From NCBI GenBank assembly GCA_965228855.1, contig CBDDIJ010000002.1, forward strand, positions 1,984,001 to 2,048,000: a DNA stretch of 64,000 nt. Direction: 5' to 3'. This DNA comes from Candidatus Obscuribacterales bacterium (lineage in GTDB: Bacteria; Cyanobacteriota; Vampirovibrionia; Obscuribacterales; Obscuribacteraceae). Each line of letters starts with the position of its first letter. Within the stretch, counting starts at the first letter, position 1. This document shows, piece by piece, positions 52,535 to 63,634 of the stretch. The translations under genes and the position numbers were made by a program. The notes beneath the pieces are model-generated. The model saw only the letters and a program-made list of their open reading frames with translations. It was not told the DNA's origin and ran no database searches.

Positions 52535-53329
52535 CTATTTACCTGTGTATGCCGGAGTGCGCTTTTCTACAAACGCTTTCACGCCTTCGGCAAAATCATC
52601 GGAGCGTCCAGCGATCTCCTGCAGGTTTGCTTCGTATTCGAGCAGTTCTTCGAGGTCGTGGAACAACGCGCGGTTGACGGCTCTCTTTGTCAAACCGAAC
52701 GCCTTGGTCGGGCCGGCTGCTAGCTTCTCGGCAAGCGCCATCGTTTCCTTCATCACCTCTGCTTCTGGAACGACTTTGTTGACGAGGTTGAGCTTCAACG
52801 CCTCAGACGCGGGAAGTTTTTCAGCGGACAGCATTAGCTCGAAAGCCTTAGTCGCGCCGATCAAACGGGGAAGCATGAACGTGGAGCCCGAGTCCGGAAC
52901 GAGACCGACTTTCGTGAACGATTGAATGAAAGAAGCGTTTTCTGATACCACGCGGTAGTCGCAGGCGAAAGCGAGGCTTGCACCTGCACCAGCTGCGACA
53001 CCATTTACGGCAGCTATAATCGGTTTTTCCATGCGACGCAGTTTGATTACGATCGGATTGTAGCGGCGTCTGATTGAATCTCCAAGTGACGGACGTTCGG
53101 CGTCTTCACTGGCGATTCTGCTTTGCAGATCTTGTCCAGAGCAGAAACCACGACCAGCTCCGGTGAGAACAATGACGCGCACGTCTTTGTCTTTTTCCAT
53201 CTCCTTCAGTGCATCTTGGAGACGAAACGAGAGTTCGTCGTTAAATGCGTTCAACTTGTCCGGGCGGTTCAACGTGATTACTCCGATGTTGCCCTTTTTC
53301 TCAGTAAGGAGAATTTGTTCTTCGCTCAT
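52535..53329 (-). CDS. paaG: Crotonase-family enzyme, PaaG-like isomerase
   Basis: GRGFCSGQDL, NGVAAGAGASLAFACD, GLVPDSG; paaK/paaF context. Confidence 0.7.
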   Translation of the reverse strand: MSEEQILLTEKKGNIGVITLNRPDKLNAFNDELSFRLQDALKEMEKDKDVRVIVLTGAGRGFCSGQDLQSRIASEDAERPSLGDSIRRRYNPIVIKLRRMEKPIIAAVNGVAAGAGASLAFACDYRVVSENASFIQSFTKVGLVPDSGSTFMLPRLIGATKAFELMLSAEKLPASEALKLNLVNKVVPEAEVMKETMALAEKLAAGPTKAFGLTKRAVNRALFHDLEELLEYEANLQEIAGRSDDFAEGVKAFVEKRTPAYTGK

Positions 53330-53386
53330 CTCATTCCTCTTTATTTGGTTGCTGATGATTTGTCGTGTTTTGTCGATTTTTTGTGT

Positions 53387-54169
53387 CTAACGACCAGAGA
53401 AAGTTGGTTTGCGTTTCTCTAAGAACGCCTTCATCCCTTCCTTTTGATCTTCTGATGAGAAGAGCATGTAGAAATTCTTTCGCTCAAACTCAAGACCTTC
53501 ACTCATCGACATTTCATATGTTTTGAGAACCGCTTCTTTTGCGAGTTTCAATGCGATAGGTGATTTCTTGGCGATTTCGTGAGCGAGTTTTTTCGCTTCT
53601 TCCAGATAGAGTTCGACAGGGACGACTTTAACAACGAGCCCGTAGTGATAGGCTTCTTGAGCGGTCATCGGGCGCCCGGTCAGAATCATTTCCATGGCTT
53701 TGTGCTTGCCGACAACTCTGGTTAAGCGCTGGGTTCCACCAGCACCAGGGATGACACCAATGTTGATTTCCGGCTGACCGAATTGCGCGGTTTCAGAAGC
53801 AACGATAATGTCGCAGGTCATCATCAATTCACAACCGCCACCGAGGGCGAAACCGCTTACTGCAGCGATAATCGGTTTTTTGATCTTGCGAACTTTATCC
53901 CAGGTCGCGAATCTGTCCTTGAGCATGATGCTGACGGTCGTTTCTTCCGACATCTCGCCGATGTCGGCGCCAGCTGCGAATGCGCGTTCGCTGCCTGTGA
54001 GAACCATGACGCGAACGCTGTCGTCTGCATCGAAAGCTTCAAGGGCTTGAACGAGTTCGTCCATTAGTTCGTGGCTTAACGCGTTTAGAACTTTTGGACG
54101 GTTGAGAGTGACGATACCGACCGGTCCGTCTTGCTCAACCAGAATGTTTTTGTAATTCGCTTCTTTCAT
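53387..54169 (-). CDS. paaF: Enoyl-CoA hydratase, PaaF-like
   Basis: AFAAGADI, ALGGGCEL, FGQPEINIGVIPGAGGTQRL; GGGAG RBS before ATG 54169. Confidence 0.75.
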   Translation of the reverse strand: MKEANYKNILVEQDGPVGIVTLNRPKVLNALSHELMDELVQALEAFDADDSVRVMVLTGSERAFAAGADIGEMSEETTVSIMLKDRFATWDKVRKIKKPIIAAVSGFALGGGCELMMTCDIIVASETAQFGQPEINIGVIPGAGGTQRLTRVVGKHKAMEMILTGRPMTAQEAYHYGLVVKVVPVELYLEEAKKLAHEIAKKSPIALKLAKEAVLKTYEMSMSEGLEFERKNFYMLFSSEDQKEGMKAFLEKRKPTFSGR

Positions 54170-54234
54170 TGTCGTCTCCCTAACGAGTTCTTTCACATTG
54201 CTCATATTTGCGGACCTTTCTAAACTGAATACTT

Positions 54235-55206
54235 TTACTGAAACTGTTTCCCGCATTCGCAGCAGAATTTGAATGCTTGTGCATTCGGCGTGCTGCATTC
54301 GGGGCAGGGTTTCGAGCCTGCTGCCGGACTGAGGTTACCTGTAGGACCTGCTGCTTTGCAGCGAATCTTGTCGTAATCCATGTCGGTCTTTTTGCGGAAT
54401 GAATCCAAGCCTTGTGCAGTTTCGAACGAACCGGCATGCAGCGATAACCAGTCACGAGCGTGACCGATTGTCATGGACCAGGAGAAGTCTCTCCAGAAAT
54501 TGAGTTGTTGTTTTGTGTATCGCGAGCATTCAGGAAGTTTGTGGTACAACTTCGATGCCAGTTGCTCAACGGCTTCATCAAGCATGGAGTAAGGCACTAC
54601 CTGGTTTACAAGCCCCCAGTCAAGCGCTGTGTATGCGTCGATTGGTTCGCAGAGCAACAGCATTTCGCGAGCCCGGCGGTCGCCTATTATGAGAGGCAGC
54701 CATTGAGTCGCGCCACCGGCGGCGACACTACCGCGCGCTGCGCCTACCTGTTTAATAGTCACATGGTCCGCAGCTATGGCAAGATCACAAGCCATGTTGA
54801 GTTCATTTCCACCACCAACCACCATGCCGTTCAAGCGCGCAATCGTTGGTTTGCCGATATTGCGCAGCCGATCGTGCATCTCGATAAACTGATACATCCA
54901 TTTGTAGTAGTCGTTTGGTTTCTTAAGGATCGGATCCTCTTGTTCTTTTAAATCAGCACCGGTGCAGAATGCTTTATCGCCGACGCCGGTTACGACAACG
55001 ACTGCTATGGCGTCGTCACGGGAGGCGTCGAGAAATGCATTGGACAGTTCTAGAAGTGTGAGTTGGTCGAAACAGTTCAAAACATCAGGCCGATTTATTG
55101 CAACTGTGGCGATGAAGTTCTTCTTCGAGTAGACGATGCGTTTGAAGTTGAACAACTCCGGCGAAATGCCGGTCAGCATCGCATGTTCTTGTGTACTTTG
55201 CGCCAT
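54235..55206 (-). CDS. Crotonase resembling ring-opening hydrolase Oah/BamA, with C-terminal zinc ribbon
   Basis: DKAFCTG, GGGNEL, QVG..RGS...GGAT.WLPL.IG, LCEP, PEC, RDWLSLH; tail CPEC...FCCECG. Confidence 0.6.
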   Translation of the reverse strand: MAQSTQEHAMLTGISPELFNFKRIVYSKKNFIATVAINRPDVLNCFDQLTLLELSNAFLDASRDDAIAVVVVTGVGDKAFCTGADLKEQEDPILKKPNDYYKWMYQFIEMHDRLRNIGKPTIARLNGMVVGGGNELNMACDLAIAADHVTIKQVGAARGSVAAGGATQWLPLIIGDRRAREMLLLCEPIDAYTALDWGLVNQVVPYSMLDEAVEQLASKLYHKLPECSRYTKQQLNFWRDFSWSMTIGHARDWLSLHAGSFETAQGLDSFRKKTDMDYDKIRCKAAGPTGNLSPAAGSKPCPECSTPNAQAFKFCCECGKQFQ

Positions 55207-55248
55207 GTTTTTTCTCCGGTCAGGTCGGAATTAATGGTCCAGAATCTC

Positions 55249-55689
55249 TCAGCGAGAATTTGATGAAGTAAGCTCGGTCGCCGCAATATTTTGAATCACG
55301 CTGAGTTCCTTCATCCGGTTTTGCAACCAGGCTTTTTCGATGACAGCGTGGGTCACTGTTCCCCGGGCTATTCTGCCTCGAATATTTGATGCGACAATTT
55401 CAACTTCGACTTTGTTGTCTCTGATGTCTGCGACCCTTGTTTCAATTGTCACCTTCATTCCCGGAAGAGTCATAGCCAGGTGAGATACGTTTACGTGGCA
55501 GCCCATGCACTCTTCGGATTCATCGAGGTATGGCCAGATCATTTTTCTTGCGGAGAGCTCCATATGGTGCACGAGAGTTGAGGTGGAGTATAGTTCGTGC
55601 ACTAATTCGCCCTCATAGCGAACGGTCATGTCCCAGGAAACGTCAATTTCCATAGTGTGTGTTTGGCCAATTGCCAGACCAGGTTTCAT
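55249..55689 (-). CDS. Hotdog-fold thioesterase (FlK-like)
   Basis: MKPGL..G, YSTSTLVHHME, GCHVNVSHLA.T.PGM. Confidence 0.8.
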   Translation of the reverse strand: MKPGLAIGQTHTMEIDVSWDMTVRYEGELVHELYSTSTLVHHMELSARKMIWPYLDESEECMGCHVNVSHLAMTLPGMKVTIETRVADIRDNKVEVEIVASNIRGRIARGTVTHAVIEKAWLQNRMKELSVIQNIAATELTSSNSR

Positions 55690-55719
55690 CCCCGTTTCCT
55701 CCTGAAGAAAAGCCGTGGC

Positions 55720-57081
55720 TTACTTGGTTTCCTTGCGCCGGTCGACTACTCGAACCGCTTTGCCCTCGCTGCGTGGCACCGTCCGTGGTTGCATCAGCTT
55801 GACGTCGGCGGTCAGTCCGAGCATGTCTTTCATCAAGCATTGAATCTTCACCGTGAGAGCTTCGAATTCGACACCACAGCTGTTGAATTCGCCCCAGCGC
55901 TTCACCAAATCCTCTGTAACTTCGACTTGAACTTCCAGCACGTCGAGAGCTCTCTCTCGATTTACGACAAGCTGATAGTGAGGGCTCAAGTCCTCGATGG
56001 ATAGCAGGCACTTTTCAATTTCGGAAGGAAACAGATTGACACCTCTAATGATGAGCATATCGTCGATGCGCGCTTTCACTCGCTCCATGCGTGCCATGGT
56101 GCGACCGCAGACACAGGTTTCCGAAAAAAGCCTGGTGAGATCGCCTGTGCGATAACGTACGACTGGAAATGCTTGTTTCGTCAGACTGGTGAAAACGAGC
56201 TCGCCCTCTTCGCCATATGGCAATTTTTCACCTGTGTCCGGATTGACTATTTCCGGCAAGAAGTAGTCTTCCCAGATGTGAAGCCCATTTCGACCCTGCA
56301 GGCATTCCATTGAAACGCCGGGTCCCATAACCTCGCTCAGTCCGTATATGTCAAGCGCCTTGATTTCCAGGACCTTTTCAATCTGTGCGCGTAGCTCTTC
56401 AGTCCAGGGTTCGGCTCCGAAGATACCGATCTCCAGTTTTATCGAATCGCGCGGGATGCCGTGGTCTTGCATCTGGAAGGCCATATTCAACGCATACGAT
56501 GGCGTTGAGCAGAGTATCCGCGCGCCAAAATCTTGAAGCAGCAGAATTTGTTGTTGGGTACGTCCACCGGACGCAGGCACGACAGTGGCGCCGAAATTTT
56601 CTGCGCCGTAATGCATTCCGAGACCGCCGGTGAACAGACCATAGCCGTATGCGTTGTGAACGATATCGCCAGGTTTGGCTCCAGCTGCTGCAAGTGAACG
56701 AGCACAAACTTCTTTCCAGTCGTCAAGATCCGATTCCGTATAACCGACTACTGTGGGCTTGCCCTTCGTGCCTGAAGATGCGTGAATACGCCGGACATTA
56801 TCAAGTGGCTCGGCGAAAAGGCCGAACGGATAATTTTCGCGCAGGTCGGTTTTTTTCGTGAATGGCAGGCATTGAATGTCGTCAAGCGAGTTGAACGAGT
56901 CCAATTTGATCTTGGCTTCGTCGAACTTGCCGGTGTAGAACGGGACTTTGTTATAGACACGCTCCAGAGTGGACTTGAGGCGTTTAAGCTGAAGCTGTTC
57001 GAGCTCCACGCGTGGCAAGCATTCCGCTTGCTTATTCCAAATGAATGTATCTGATTTCGTGGGCACGGAAACGAATACCAC
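55720..57081 (-). CDS. paaK: Phenylacetate-CoA ligase
   Basis: [53 protein letters not shown]. Confidence 0.93.
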   Translation of the reverse strand: MVFVSVPTKSDTFIWNKQAECLPRVELEQLQLKRLKSTLERVYNKVPFYTGKFDEAKIKLDSFNSLDDIQCLPFTKKTDLRENYPFGLFAEPLDNVRRIHASSGTKGKPTVVGYTESDLDDWKEVCARSLAAAGAKPGDIVHNAYGYGLFTGGLGMHYGAENFGATVVPASGGRTQQQILLLQDFGARILCSTPSYALNMAFQMQDHGIPRDSIKLEIGIFGAEPWTEELRAQIEKVLEIKALDIYGLSEVMGPGVSMECLQGRNGLHIWEDYFLPEIVNPDTGEKLPYGEEGELVFTSLTKQAFPVVRYRTGDLTRLFSETCVCGRTMARMERVKARIDDMLIIRGVNLFPSEIEKCLLSIEDLSPHYQLVVNRERALDVLEVQVEVTEDLVKRWGEFNSCGVEFEALTVKIQCLMKDMLGLTADVKLMQPRTVPRSEGKAVRVVDRRKETK

Positions 57082-57292
57082 CCGAAAGCGTGCTGAAAAC
57101 GTGAATCGAGATCATAACTCTAATTGTTGCTTTGACTTGAATTGCTTATGAAGCTTGAATATTCCTGAGGTTGACGAGCGCACAGATGAGTGGTTGCTAA
57201 GCTAGATATTAAGCTGATAGGAAAAACAGGCGCCGCATGAACTAAAATCATTTTGAGAAGGCTTACCAACAGACCACTTTTGAGCTTAAGGC

Positions 57293-60200
57293 ATGATCGG
57301 CACTGACGAGCCTGGTGAACAGCCCGCCGTCAAACGCGAACGCATTTTTGACCACCAGATGTGGTGGATTCTTGTGTTGGGAATTTGCGGAATCGCTGTC
57401 TATCAGATGTTCAAATATCAGGCGTTTCCAGCTGCTTCCATCGAAATCAAAAAGCCGCGTATCGAAATTCAGGAGCAAGCGCGTTCTCTCGCCCCATCTC
57501 TGGGCTACAACAAAACGGGCACAATCGATTCGACCACGTTTAATTCCGAGGACAACGCCAAGTCTTTTCTCGAGCATGAATATCCGCAGGAAGATGCCAA
57601 CAAGCTTATGGCAACGGAGGTTCCGGTCTGGAGCTGGGTGACGCGGTTTTGCAAGGAGTACGACCAGGAAGAGTTTCAAACGTGGATTTCGCCACAGGGC
57701 AAGCTTCTTGCGTTTGAACACGACATTCCGAACGATCTTGCGTTGAATAGCGTTTCGCATGAGCAAGCGCAGAAAATCGCTCGTGCCTTCCTTGAGAAGA
57801 TGGAGCCGAATGCGGCGGATTTCAGCACGCTCATTCGAGACGACGCGAATACGAAACCAAAGCGCGAAGACCATTCATTTGTCTGGGAGAATCAAAAGAA
57901 GGATTACAAATCCGCGCATTTGCGCATTTATGTTTACGTCTCCGGCGATCAGGTAACGCTGTACAACAAGTATCTGCATGTGCCGGATGCCTGGCAGCGA
58001 GAGTACGACACCATGCGCTCTTACAACTATTTGCTAGGGCAGTTCTCGTTCTTCTTCATCTACATGTTCCAGACGATCGCTTTTTTGGTGCTGGTCTGGG
58101 GAGTGATAACCAGGAACATGAGATGGAAGCCGGCTATTGTCGGGGCTCTTCTCCTTGGTGGTATATCTGCCCTGGATTATTTAAACCATTTGCCGAGCTT
58201 GATTGCCTCGTATGGCCCGACAACTTCGTTTCAGAACTACTTGATACAGATCGTCGTGAACGCTCTGATGGGCTTCGTCGGAAACGCGCTTACAGGAGCC
58301 ACTTTGTTTGGAGGCGCTGAGATTTGTTATCGAAAACTATTTCCTCATAAGCTCTCATTCGAACGAATTTTGACCAAGCGAGGACTTACGCACGAGACAG
58401 TTGTGCGTGGGGTTATCGTTGGGCACATCCTGGTCGGGGTGCACCTCGGCTGGATTGTTCTTTACTATATTCTGGGGAAAAAATTTGGTTTCTGGTGCCC
58501 GCTTGGTATCGAGAGTCACGAAGTCTTAAGCAATGTCGTGCCGTTCATTTCAGCAGTTGCACTGGGCGTCAGTGCCTCGTTCGAAGAAGAGCTGGCGTGT
58601 CGGGTAGTCGGTATCGCCATTGGTACCAGACTGTTTAAGAACTTCTGGGTGGCAAATTTATTCCAGGCAATTGTCTGGGGATTCGCGCACAGTAGCTATC
58701 CGCAAGAACCCGCTTATGCCCGCGGTCTCGAGCTCACTGTAGTGGGAATATTGCAGGGCTGGATCTTATACAGGTACGGCATTATCGCCGTCATTACCGA
58801 ACACTATCTGCTCGATGCATTCATGTACGTGGAATCGTTCCTGTACTCTGACGTGCCTATTCTCAAGTTTTCCGTCTTGCCGGCTCTCATCCCGGCCTTG
58901 TTGATTGTCGGTTCGGCGCTCGTTTGGAACAAAATGAAGATGACGCGCGGCGCCGACCAGGATAACGACAAAATTCCGATGTTGAAACCGCCACCACCGC
59001 CGGTGGAAGATGCGCCACCGCCGATCGAGTATAAGCCGCTGTCAAAGCGGCTGAGGTTGAGCATGATCGCAATTTGTATCGCATCACTTTTGACCGCTAT
59101 TTATGTGCCCTGGAGTAGTGGTGTCAACTCTGATGCGAAGCTCAAAATCGGTCGAGCGGAGGCGATTGAGAAGGCGCGCGAAGTGATGAAGAGGCACGAC
59201 ATTGATCCCAAAGGCTGGATGGAAAGCGCGAGTTGCGGGATCAGCAGCGTCGGCGAAACCTTCCAGTATATGTTCGAAAAGACGAACGCCGAAGCTGTGC
59301 GGAAAATCTATAACGAAACCAGGCGAGGATATTACTGGTCGGTAAAGTTCTTTCGACCGCTCCAGTCCGAGGAGTACCAAGTCATACTTGATGGCGATGG
59401 GCGAGAGGATTCTTTCGGGATTTCGCGAGAGGAAAATGATGTCGGCGCAAACCTCTCTTCCGATGAGGCTCGCGAGAAAGCAGAGGCGTATCTGAAGGAG
59501 ACTCATCCGGAACTGCCGGATTACAAGTTTAAACAGATTTCGTCGCAAAAGCGCAAGAACCGAACCGATTACACCGTCGATTTCACCTATCCTAAGCTCG
59601 ATGTCGCTGACGCTAAGTGCCTCATAAGCGTCTCGCTGACTGGCGATCAGGTCGGCGATTTCTCGCAACGATGGGATGTTCCCGACTCATGGTCGTTTGA
59701 GCGCAATAAACGCACTGCCAAAGATGAGTGGTTATCGCATCTGCGAACAGCGACATTGTTTGGTTTGATTCTTCTGGGCATATTCTGGGCTTATTCGGTT
59801 TTGAAAACAGGCGCCATCAAGTTTCGGGCGCCGGTCATAATTTCGCTTGCATATCTGGGACTGGTGCTGCTTTCTTCTCTCAACAATCTGGTGACCTTTT
59901 TCTACGGCTACGACACTACCACTCCTTTGAACTCATACATAGTCGGTGAGATCGTCGGCGCCGGCCAGGGATTATTTATGTACGGAGCAGGCGTCTTTCT
60001 CCTGTCAGCCGTCGCTCTGGGCGCGTTTCGAATAATTTCGCCGCGCACGCATTTGATATCGTACTTTCAATTTGCACTCGGTAAAATGTCAGCTAATGCT
60101 GAACAGCGAAAGTCGCGACTGGCGCTGTGGTATGACGCCGCCTTGATCTCGTACACGACGCTGGCATTTTCCATAACCGTGAGCCAACTGCAAGGACTGG

Positions 60201-60730
60201 TATCACTGGCGATATCACCTTCCGTTCCGATCGGTGAGGTTGGAACGATCGCGAGCCTGACCGGAGTTTACGTTCCTGTCGTCGAGGCCATTCTCGACGC
60301 TCTTAAAACAGCCCCAAACGGTCTTGCTCTAATCGTAGTAGTGGTGGGGATGTCCGCGAGATTCGCTCCAGGGTTTTGGAGATTGTTCGCATTTGGTCTA
60401 GTTTTAAACCTGATTCTTCCAAGCGCTGAGCGATACTGGCAAGACTACCTCATCAGCGTTGTGCAGAACTTTTTGATGTGTCTATTCATGTATGTTCTGG
60501 TAGTGAAATTGGCTCGGAACAACATCCTTGCTTACCTGATGATATTCTCGCTCTACACGTTCGTTCCGTACTGCAAGGCTATTGCGTTGAATGGAGGCTC
60601 GCTCTACATCCCGGAGTTGATAACCTTTTTCCTTCTCTTGACCGTGCCGATCCTTTGTATCCTCTGGGTGCAGGTTCGCACTCTGCGGCATAAGGAGAAA
60701 CCGCTCAGCGAACTTGTCGAAGAGAGCTAG
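57293..60730 (+). CDS. Large CPBP/Abi intramembrane metalloprotease with internal duplication
   Basis: FEEELACR, WGFAH, EHYLLD motifs; two homologous extracytoplasmic domains. Confidence 0.85.
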   Translation: MIGTDEPGEQPAVKRERIFDHQMWWILVLGICGIAVYQMFKYQAFPAASIEIKKPRIEIQEQARSLAPSLGYNKTGTIDSTTFNSEDNAKSFLEHEYPQEDANKLMATEVPVWSWVTRFCKEYDQEEFQTWISPQGKLLAFEHDIPNDLALNSVSHEQAQKIARAFLEKMEPNAADFSTLIRDDANTKPKREDHSFVWENQKKDYKSAHLRIYVYVSGDQVTLYNKYLHVPDAWQREYDTMRSYNYLLGQFSFFFIYMFQTIAFLVLVWGVITRNMRWKPAIVGALLLGGISALDYLNHLPSLIASYGPTTSFQNYLIQIVVNALMGFVGNALTGATLFGGAEICYRKLFPHKLSFERILTKRGLTHETVVRGVIVGHILVGVHLGWIVLYYILGKKFGFWCPLGIESHEVLSNVVPFISAVALGVSASFEEELACRVVGIAIGTRLFKNFWVANLFQAIVWGFAHSSYPQEPAYARGLELTVVGILQGWILYRYGIIAVITEHYLLDAFMYVESFLYSDVPILKFSVLPALIPALLIVGSALVWNKMKMTRGADQDNDKIPMLKPPPPPVEDAPPPIEYKPLSKRLRLSMIAICIASLLTAIYVPWSSGVNSDAKLKIGRAEAIEKAREVMKRHDIDPKGWMESASCGISSVGETFQYMFEKTNAEAVRKIYNETRRGYYWSVKFFRPLQSEEYQVILDGDGREDSFGISREENDVGANLSSDEAREKAEAYLKETHPELPDYKFKQISSQKRKNRTDYTVDFTYPKLDVADAKCLISVSLTGDQVGDFSQRWDVPDSWSFERNKRTAKDEWLSHLRTATLFGLILLGIFWAYSVLKTGAIKFRAPVIISLAYLGLVLLSSLNNLVTFFYGYDTTTPLNSYIVGEIVGAGQGLFMYGAGVFLLSAVALGAFRIISPRTHLISYFQFALGKMSANAEQRKSRLALWYDAALISYTTLAFSITVSQLQGLVSLAISPSVPIGEVGTIASLTGVYVPVVEAILDALKTAPNGLALIVVVVGMSARFAPGFWRLFAFGLVLNLILPSAERYWQDYLISVVQNFLMCLFMYVLVVKLARNNILAYLMIFSLYTFVPYCKAIALNGGSLYIPELITFFLLLTVPILCILWVQVRTLRHKEKPLSELVEES

Positions 60731-60731
60731 C

Positions 60732-61856
60732 TTATCTTTCCGCTGACTCTTTGGGATCCGGAACAGCTTCACCGGAAGGTGGTTTATAGCTCGGCAACGG
60801 GAACTGAGTTCCGTCTGCCAGCGTCAAAACCGGTTCCAAAATACTCATGTGATAGACGGTCCAGCGCCGCAGTTTTTCACGGCGAACAATGTGTAAGCGC
60901 AATTTCGCCGAAGTCAATCTCGGCAGTTGTTTTTCGATTTCAATCGGCGACATGTTTTTGCCGTCGGCGAGTTTCACTGGTCCGGCATCACGAGGATGCA
61001 AATATCGAGCGACCTGTTCTCCAAGCGTCTCTTTAATCGCATCCTCGACGCTCGCATAGATGAATGAATCATCATTTTCGTCTTCAGTCGTTGCGTCTTG
61101 TTCTTCGCTGTCGAGAGGCTTCGAACTCGGTGTCTGTTCAACCTCTTTAGATGCCTCATCTAGTTTCCCGATTTTCTTTATCGCGGATACAGGTAACTGT
61201 TTGCCCTTGCTTTCGACGATGAGCAAATTGCGTTTATCTTCAATCGATAGAGATTCGCTGCGGTTTACCTCGATTTCTTTTTCAGTCGGTTTGTACTCGA
61301 TGCCTTTGCTGGCTTCCGGTCGTTCGATCGCTCCAGGCGCAATCGATGGACGTAATCTCAACGCAAAGCCTTTGCGGCTGTCCTTATCCGGATCTTTGAT
61401 GAAGGCTGCGAACTCGCTTGCTGTCATCGGAATTCCGTACGCCATGTTGAGGGGAAGAAACATCGGAGCGTATCTTGATTCTTCGAGCTGCAAGTCTACG
61501 TCAACGATCACGTCTTCCGGCTTTTGCCAGGGCAAAATGGTGACTGCATTCTTGTCGGGGTGTTTAATCGCGGTCTCGCGCATGTTTGAGTATTTAAATG
61601 GTCGGCCCATGAGAAATGCGAGGTTGGGTTCTTGAGCGCTTGCATAAACAAGGTATGAAACCCAACCGCCCTTCTTCGGGCAGCGGCAGGTGTTGCCGCC
61701 AAACATTTCAACAGTGCCCTTGTAATCTCCCTTTTGTACAGAGGTGAGAAATTGGTTCGCAGTGGTTTTCGGATCGGCTTCGGAACCACCCGACATCATC
61801 GTGTAGAGAACAATCGCCAGTATGACGAGAACCAGGAGTGGATAGAGGATTCGCAT
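60732..61856 (-). CDS. Membrane-anchored hypothetical protein
   Basis: N-terminal TM, then DPKTTANQFL...GDY; 374 aa. Confidence 0.7.
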   Translation of the reverse strand: MRILYPLLVLVILAIVLYTMMSGGSEADPKTTANQFLTSVQKGDYKGTVEMFGGNTCRCPKKGGWVSYLVYASAQEPNLAFLMGRPFKYSNMRETAIKHPDKNAVTILPWQKPEDVIVDVDLQLEESRYAPMFLPLNMAYGIPMTASEFAAFIKDPDKDSRKGFALRLRPSIAPGAIERPEASKGIEYKPTEKEIEVNRSESLSIEDKRNLLIVESKGKQLPVSAIKKIGKLDEASKEVEQTPSSKPLDSEEQDATTEDENDDSFIYASVEDAIKETLGEQVARYLHPRDAGPVKLADGKNMSPIEIEKQLPRLTSAKLRLHIVRREKLRRWTVYHMSILEPVLTLADGTQFPLPSYKPPSGEAVPDPKESAER

Positions 61857-61967
61857 AAGTGGATTCTAACAAGAAATTATCGTCACTTTTTCACGTTGGC
61901 CACGCAACGGTCTTCGTATGACGATATGCTAGTGACATCCAGTCTAGCACGTGGGGATAGTGACCTT

Positions 61968-63521
61968 ATGTCAGTGCTCAAAAACGAGTTACTCGTTATC
62001 TTTGGAATCCTTACTACGGCAGTTTTCTTGTGGCGATTCTCGCGCGATAAAATCGCGCCTCAACTGTCCGGGGCAAATTTAGTGCCCTCTTTGAAGGTGC
62101 TGCTTGCCATGGTGATTCCGGTTGCCGGATTGATGTGGTTGAGCAGTATGGCGGGGCTCGAGTTAGCTGTTGCTGCTCCGTATTTTGGAGCGGCCGCTCT
62201 TCTCCCGTACCTTTTTAGTTCGGTCGGTTTGCCACCATTTTTGAGAGCGTTGCTGCTTCTGGCAAGCGCTGTAGCGTTCACCAGTTTCGTTCCAACCGAT
62301 CATTATCAGGTCTGCGTCGAGTCTGCTATCGCCGGACTGATCTGTTGGAAATCTGTTGAAAACTTGCTGGTCAGCCCGGAAAAATCTACGCTTGAAGATT
62401 TCGTTCCACCATTCTTGTGGATGGCGACCACACTCTGGGTCAGAACAGTTGAAGCCGATAACTGGGTCGCACTGCACCACAACGTGATTCTTGCATCGTT
62501 CGTAGCCGCCATTTTTATGCGATGGATTCAGGATCCATTCCTCAAGATCGATAAGCTCTATGTGAAGCGCGTTTGCCTCGCTATTACAGGCGGGCTGGTT
62601 ATGCTCATTCTTGTCACCAAGGTCGTAGGCGCACTTGAATTGGCAAAACTGTGTGCACTGGCCGGTGGCGGTTATTTGCTTGCATACGTACTACAAGCGC
62701 TTGATGCAAGAAGAGAGCATGAATCGCTCGCTTTGAATTCGTTCAAACAACTGCTTTTCATCGGTATCTTCACACTGATAGCCACTCGTATGTTCTTTAC
62801 TCCCGGGTTGATTGTTCTTGCGATTTCAACAGTCATTGCAACCACATCCGGTGCCGCGTTGATGGCAGGTCTCTACTTCGGTTCTTACATCCTATTGCAG
62901 ACCTTTATCTTCAGATTCAACAGCAATATGACCGGCATCAATATCATGCATTCATACACGAGTGCGGCATTATATGCTGGTTTATTCATCGCGATTACCG
63001 CCTCTCTTCTCCTGCGCGAGCGCATGGATAATCGCGCCAGGGCACTGTTGTTTATCTCAGCTGGATTGATGGCGCCTGCAGCTACCAGCTATTTCTTGCA
63101 CGCAGAACCTGCGGCGAGCTTACTGGTCGCTGTCCTGGTCGGAACGATCATCATCGGCATCTTTTGCCGGGCACTTGCGAATGCCCATTGGAAAGGGTAT
63201 GAGAACGTCATGCTCACGCCTGCGATGATGATTGCTTTTGGTTTGCTCACCGGTGAATTGATCACAATTGGGAATTCGGCTGACGCACAGCAGCGCTACA
63301 CCGTTCTCATCGGTCTTGGCGTCGCTGCCACTGCTGTCCTTGGCATCGCCTCATTCCTGTCGAGGCAAAATCAAGATGGTCCGGAACTCACAGCTCCGAC
63401 CATTACGGTCGAGGACGCGTCACTGACGCCGAAAGATCCTAAAGTTATTGAGCCGTCCGACATGGAAGTGAAAGAACCGGCGTCCGACGAAGAGAAGAAA
63501 GAACAATCGACTGAGGCTTAA
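61968..63521 (+). CDS. Polytopic membrane protein of unknown function
   Basis: Well over ten hydrophobic segments, acidic tail; start moved to ATG 61968 to avoid overlap. Confidence 0.75.
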   Translation: MSVLKNELLVIFGILTTAVFLWRFSRDKIAPQLSGANLVPSLKVLLAMVIPVAGLMWLSSMAGLELAVAAPYFGAAALLPYLFSSVGLPPFLRALLLLASAVAFTSFVPTDHYQVCVESAIAGLICWKSVENLLVSPEKSTLEDFVPPFLWMATTLWVRTVEADNWVALHHNVILASFVAAIFMRWIQDPFLKIDKLYVKRVCLAITGGLVMLILVTKVVGALELAKLCALAGGGYLLAYVLQALDARREHESLALNSFKQLLFIGIFTLIATRMFFTPGLIVLAISTVIATTSGAALMAGLYFGSYILLQTFIFRFNSNMTGINIMHSYTSAALYAGLFIAITASLLLRERMDNRARALLFISAGLMAPAATSYFLHAEPAASLLVAVLVGTIIIGIFCRALANAHWKGYENVMLTPAMMIAFGLLTGELITIGNSADAQQRYTVLIGLGVAATAVLGIASFLSRQNQDGPELTAPTITVEDASLTPKDPKVIEPSDMEVKEPASDEEKKEQSTEA

Positions 63522-63634
63522 GTTTCAGCTCAGGCCGAATGCACGGGACTGAGGCATAATAGTAGTCAGCGAATCTATGATTCGTGTGGAATCACGGCGA
63601 CTCCGAAGGGAACGCCAATTGCAAAGGGCTGGCT

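Noticed and set aside
54235..55206. menB assignment
   Set aside because: Lacks the MenB FCSGGDQ and GSFDGG motifs and no men genes are adjacent.
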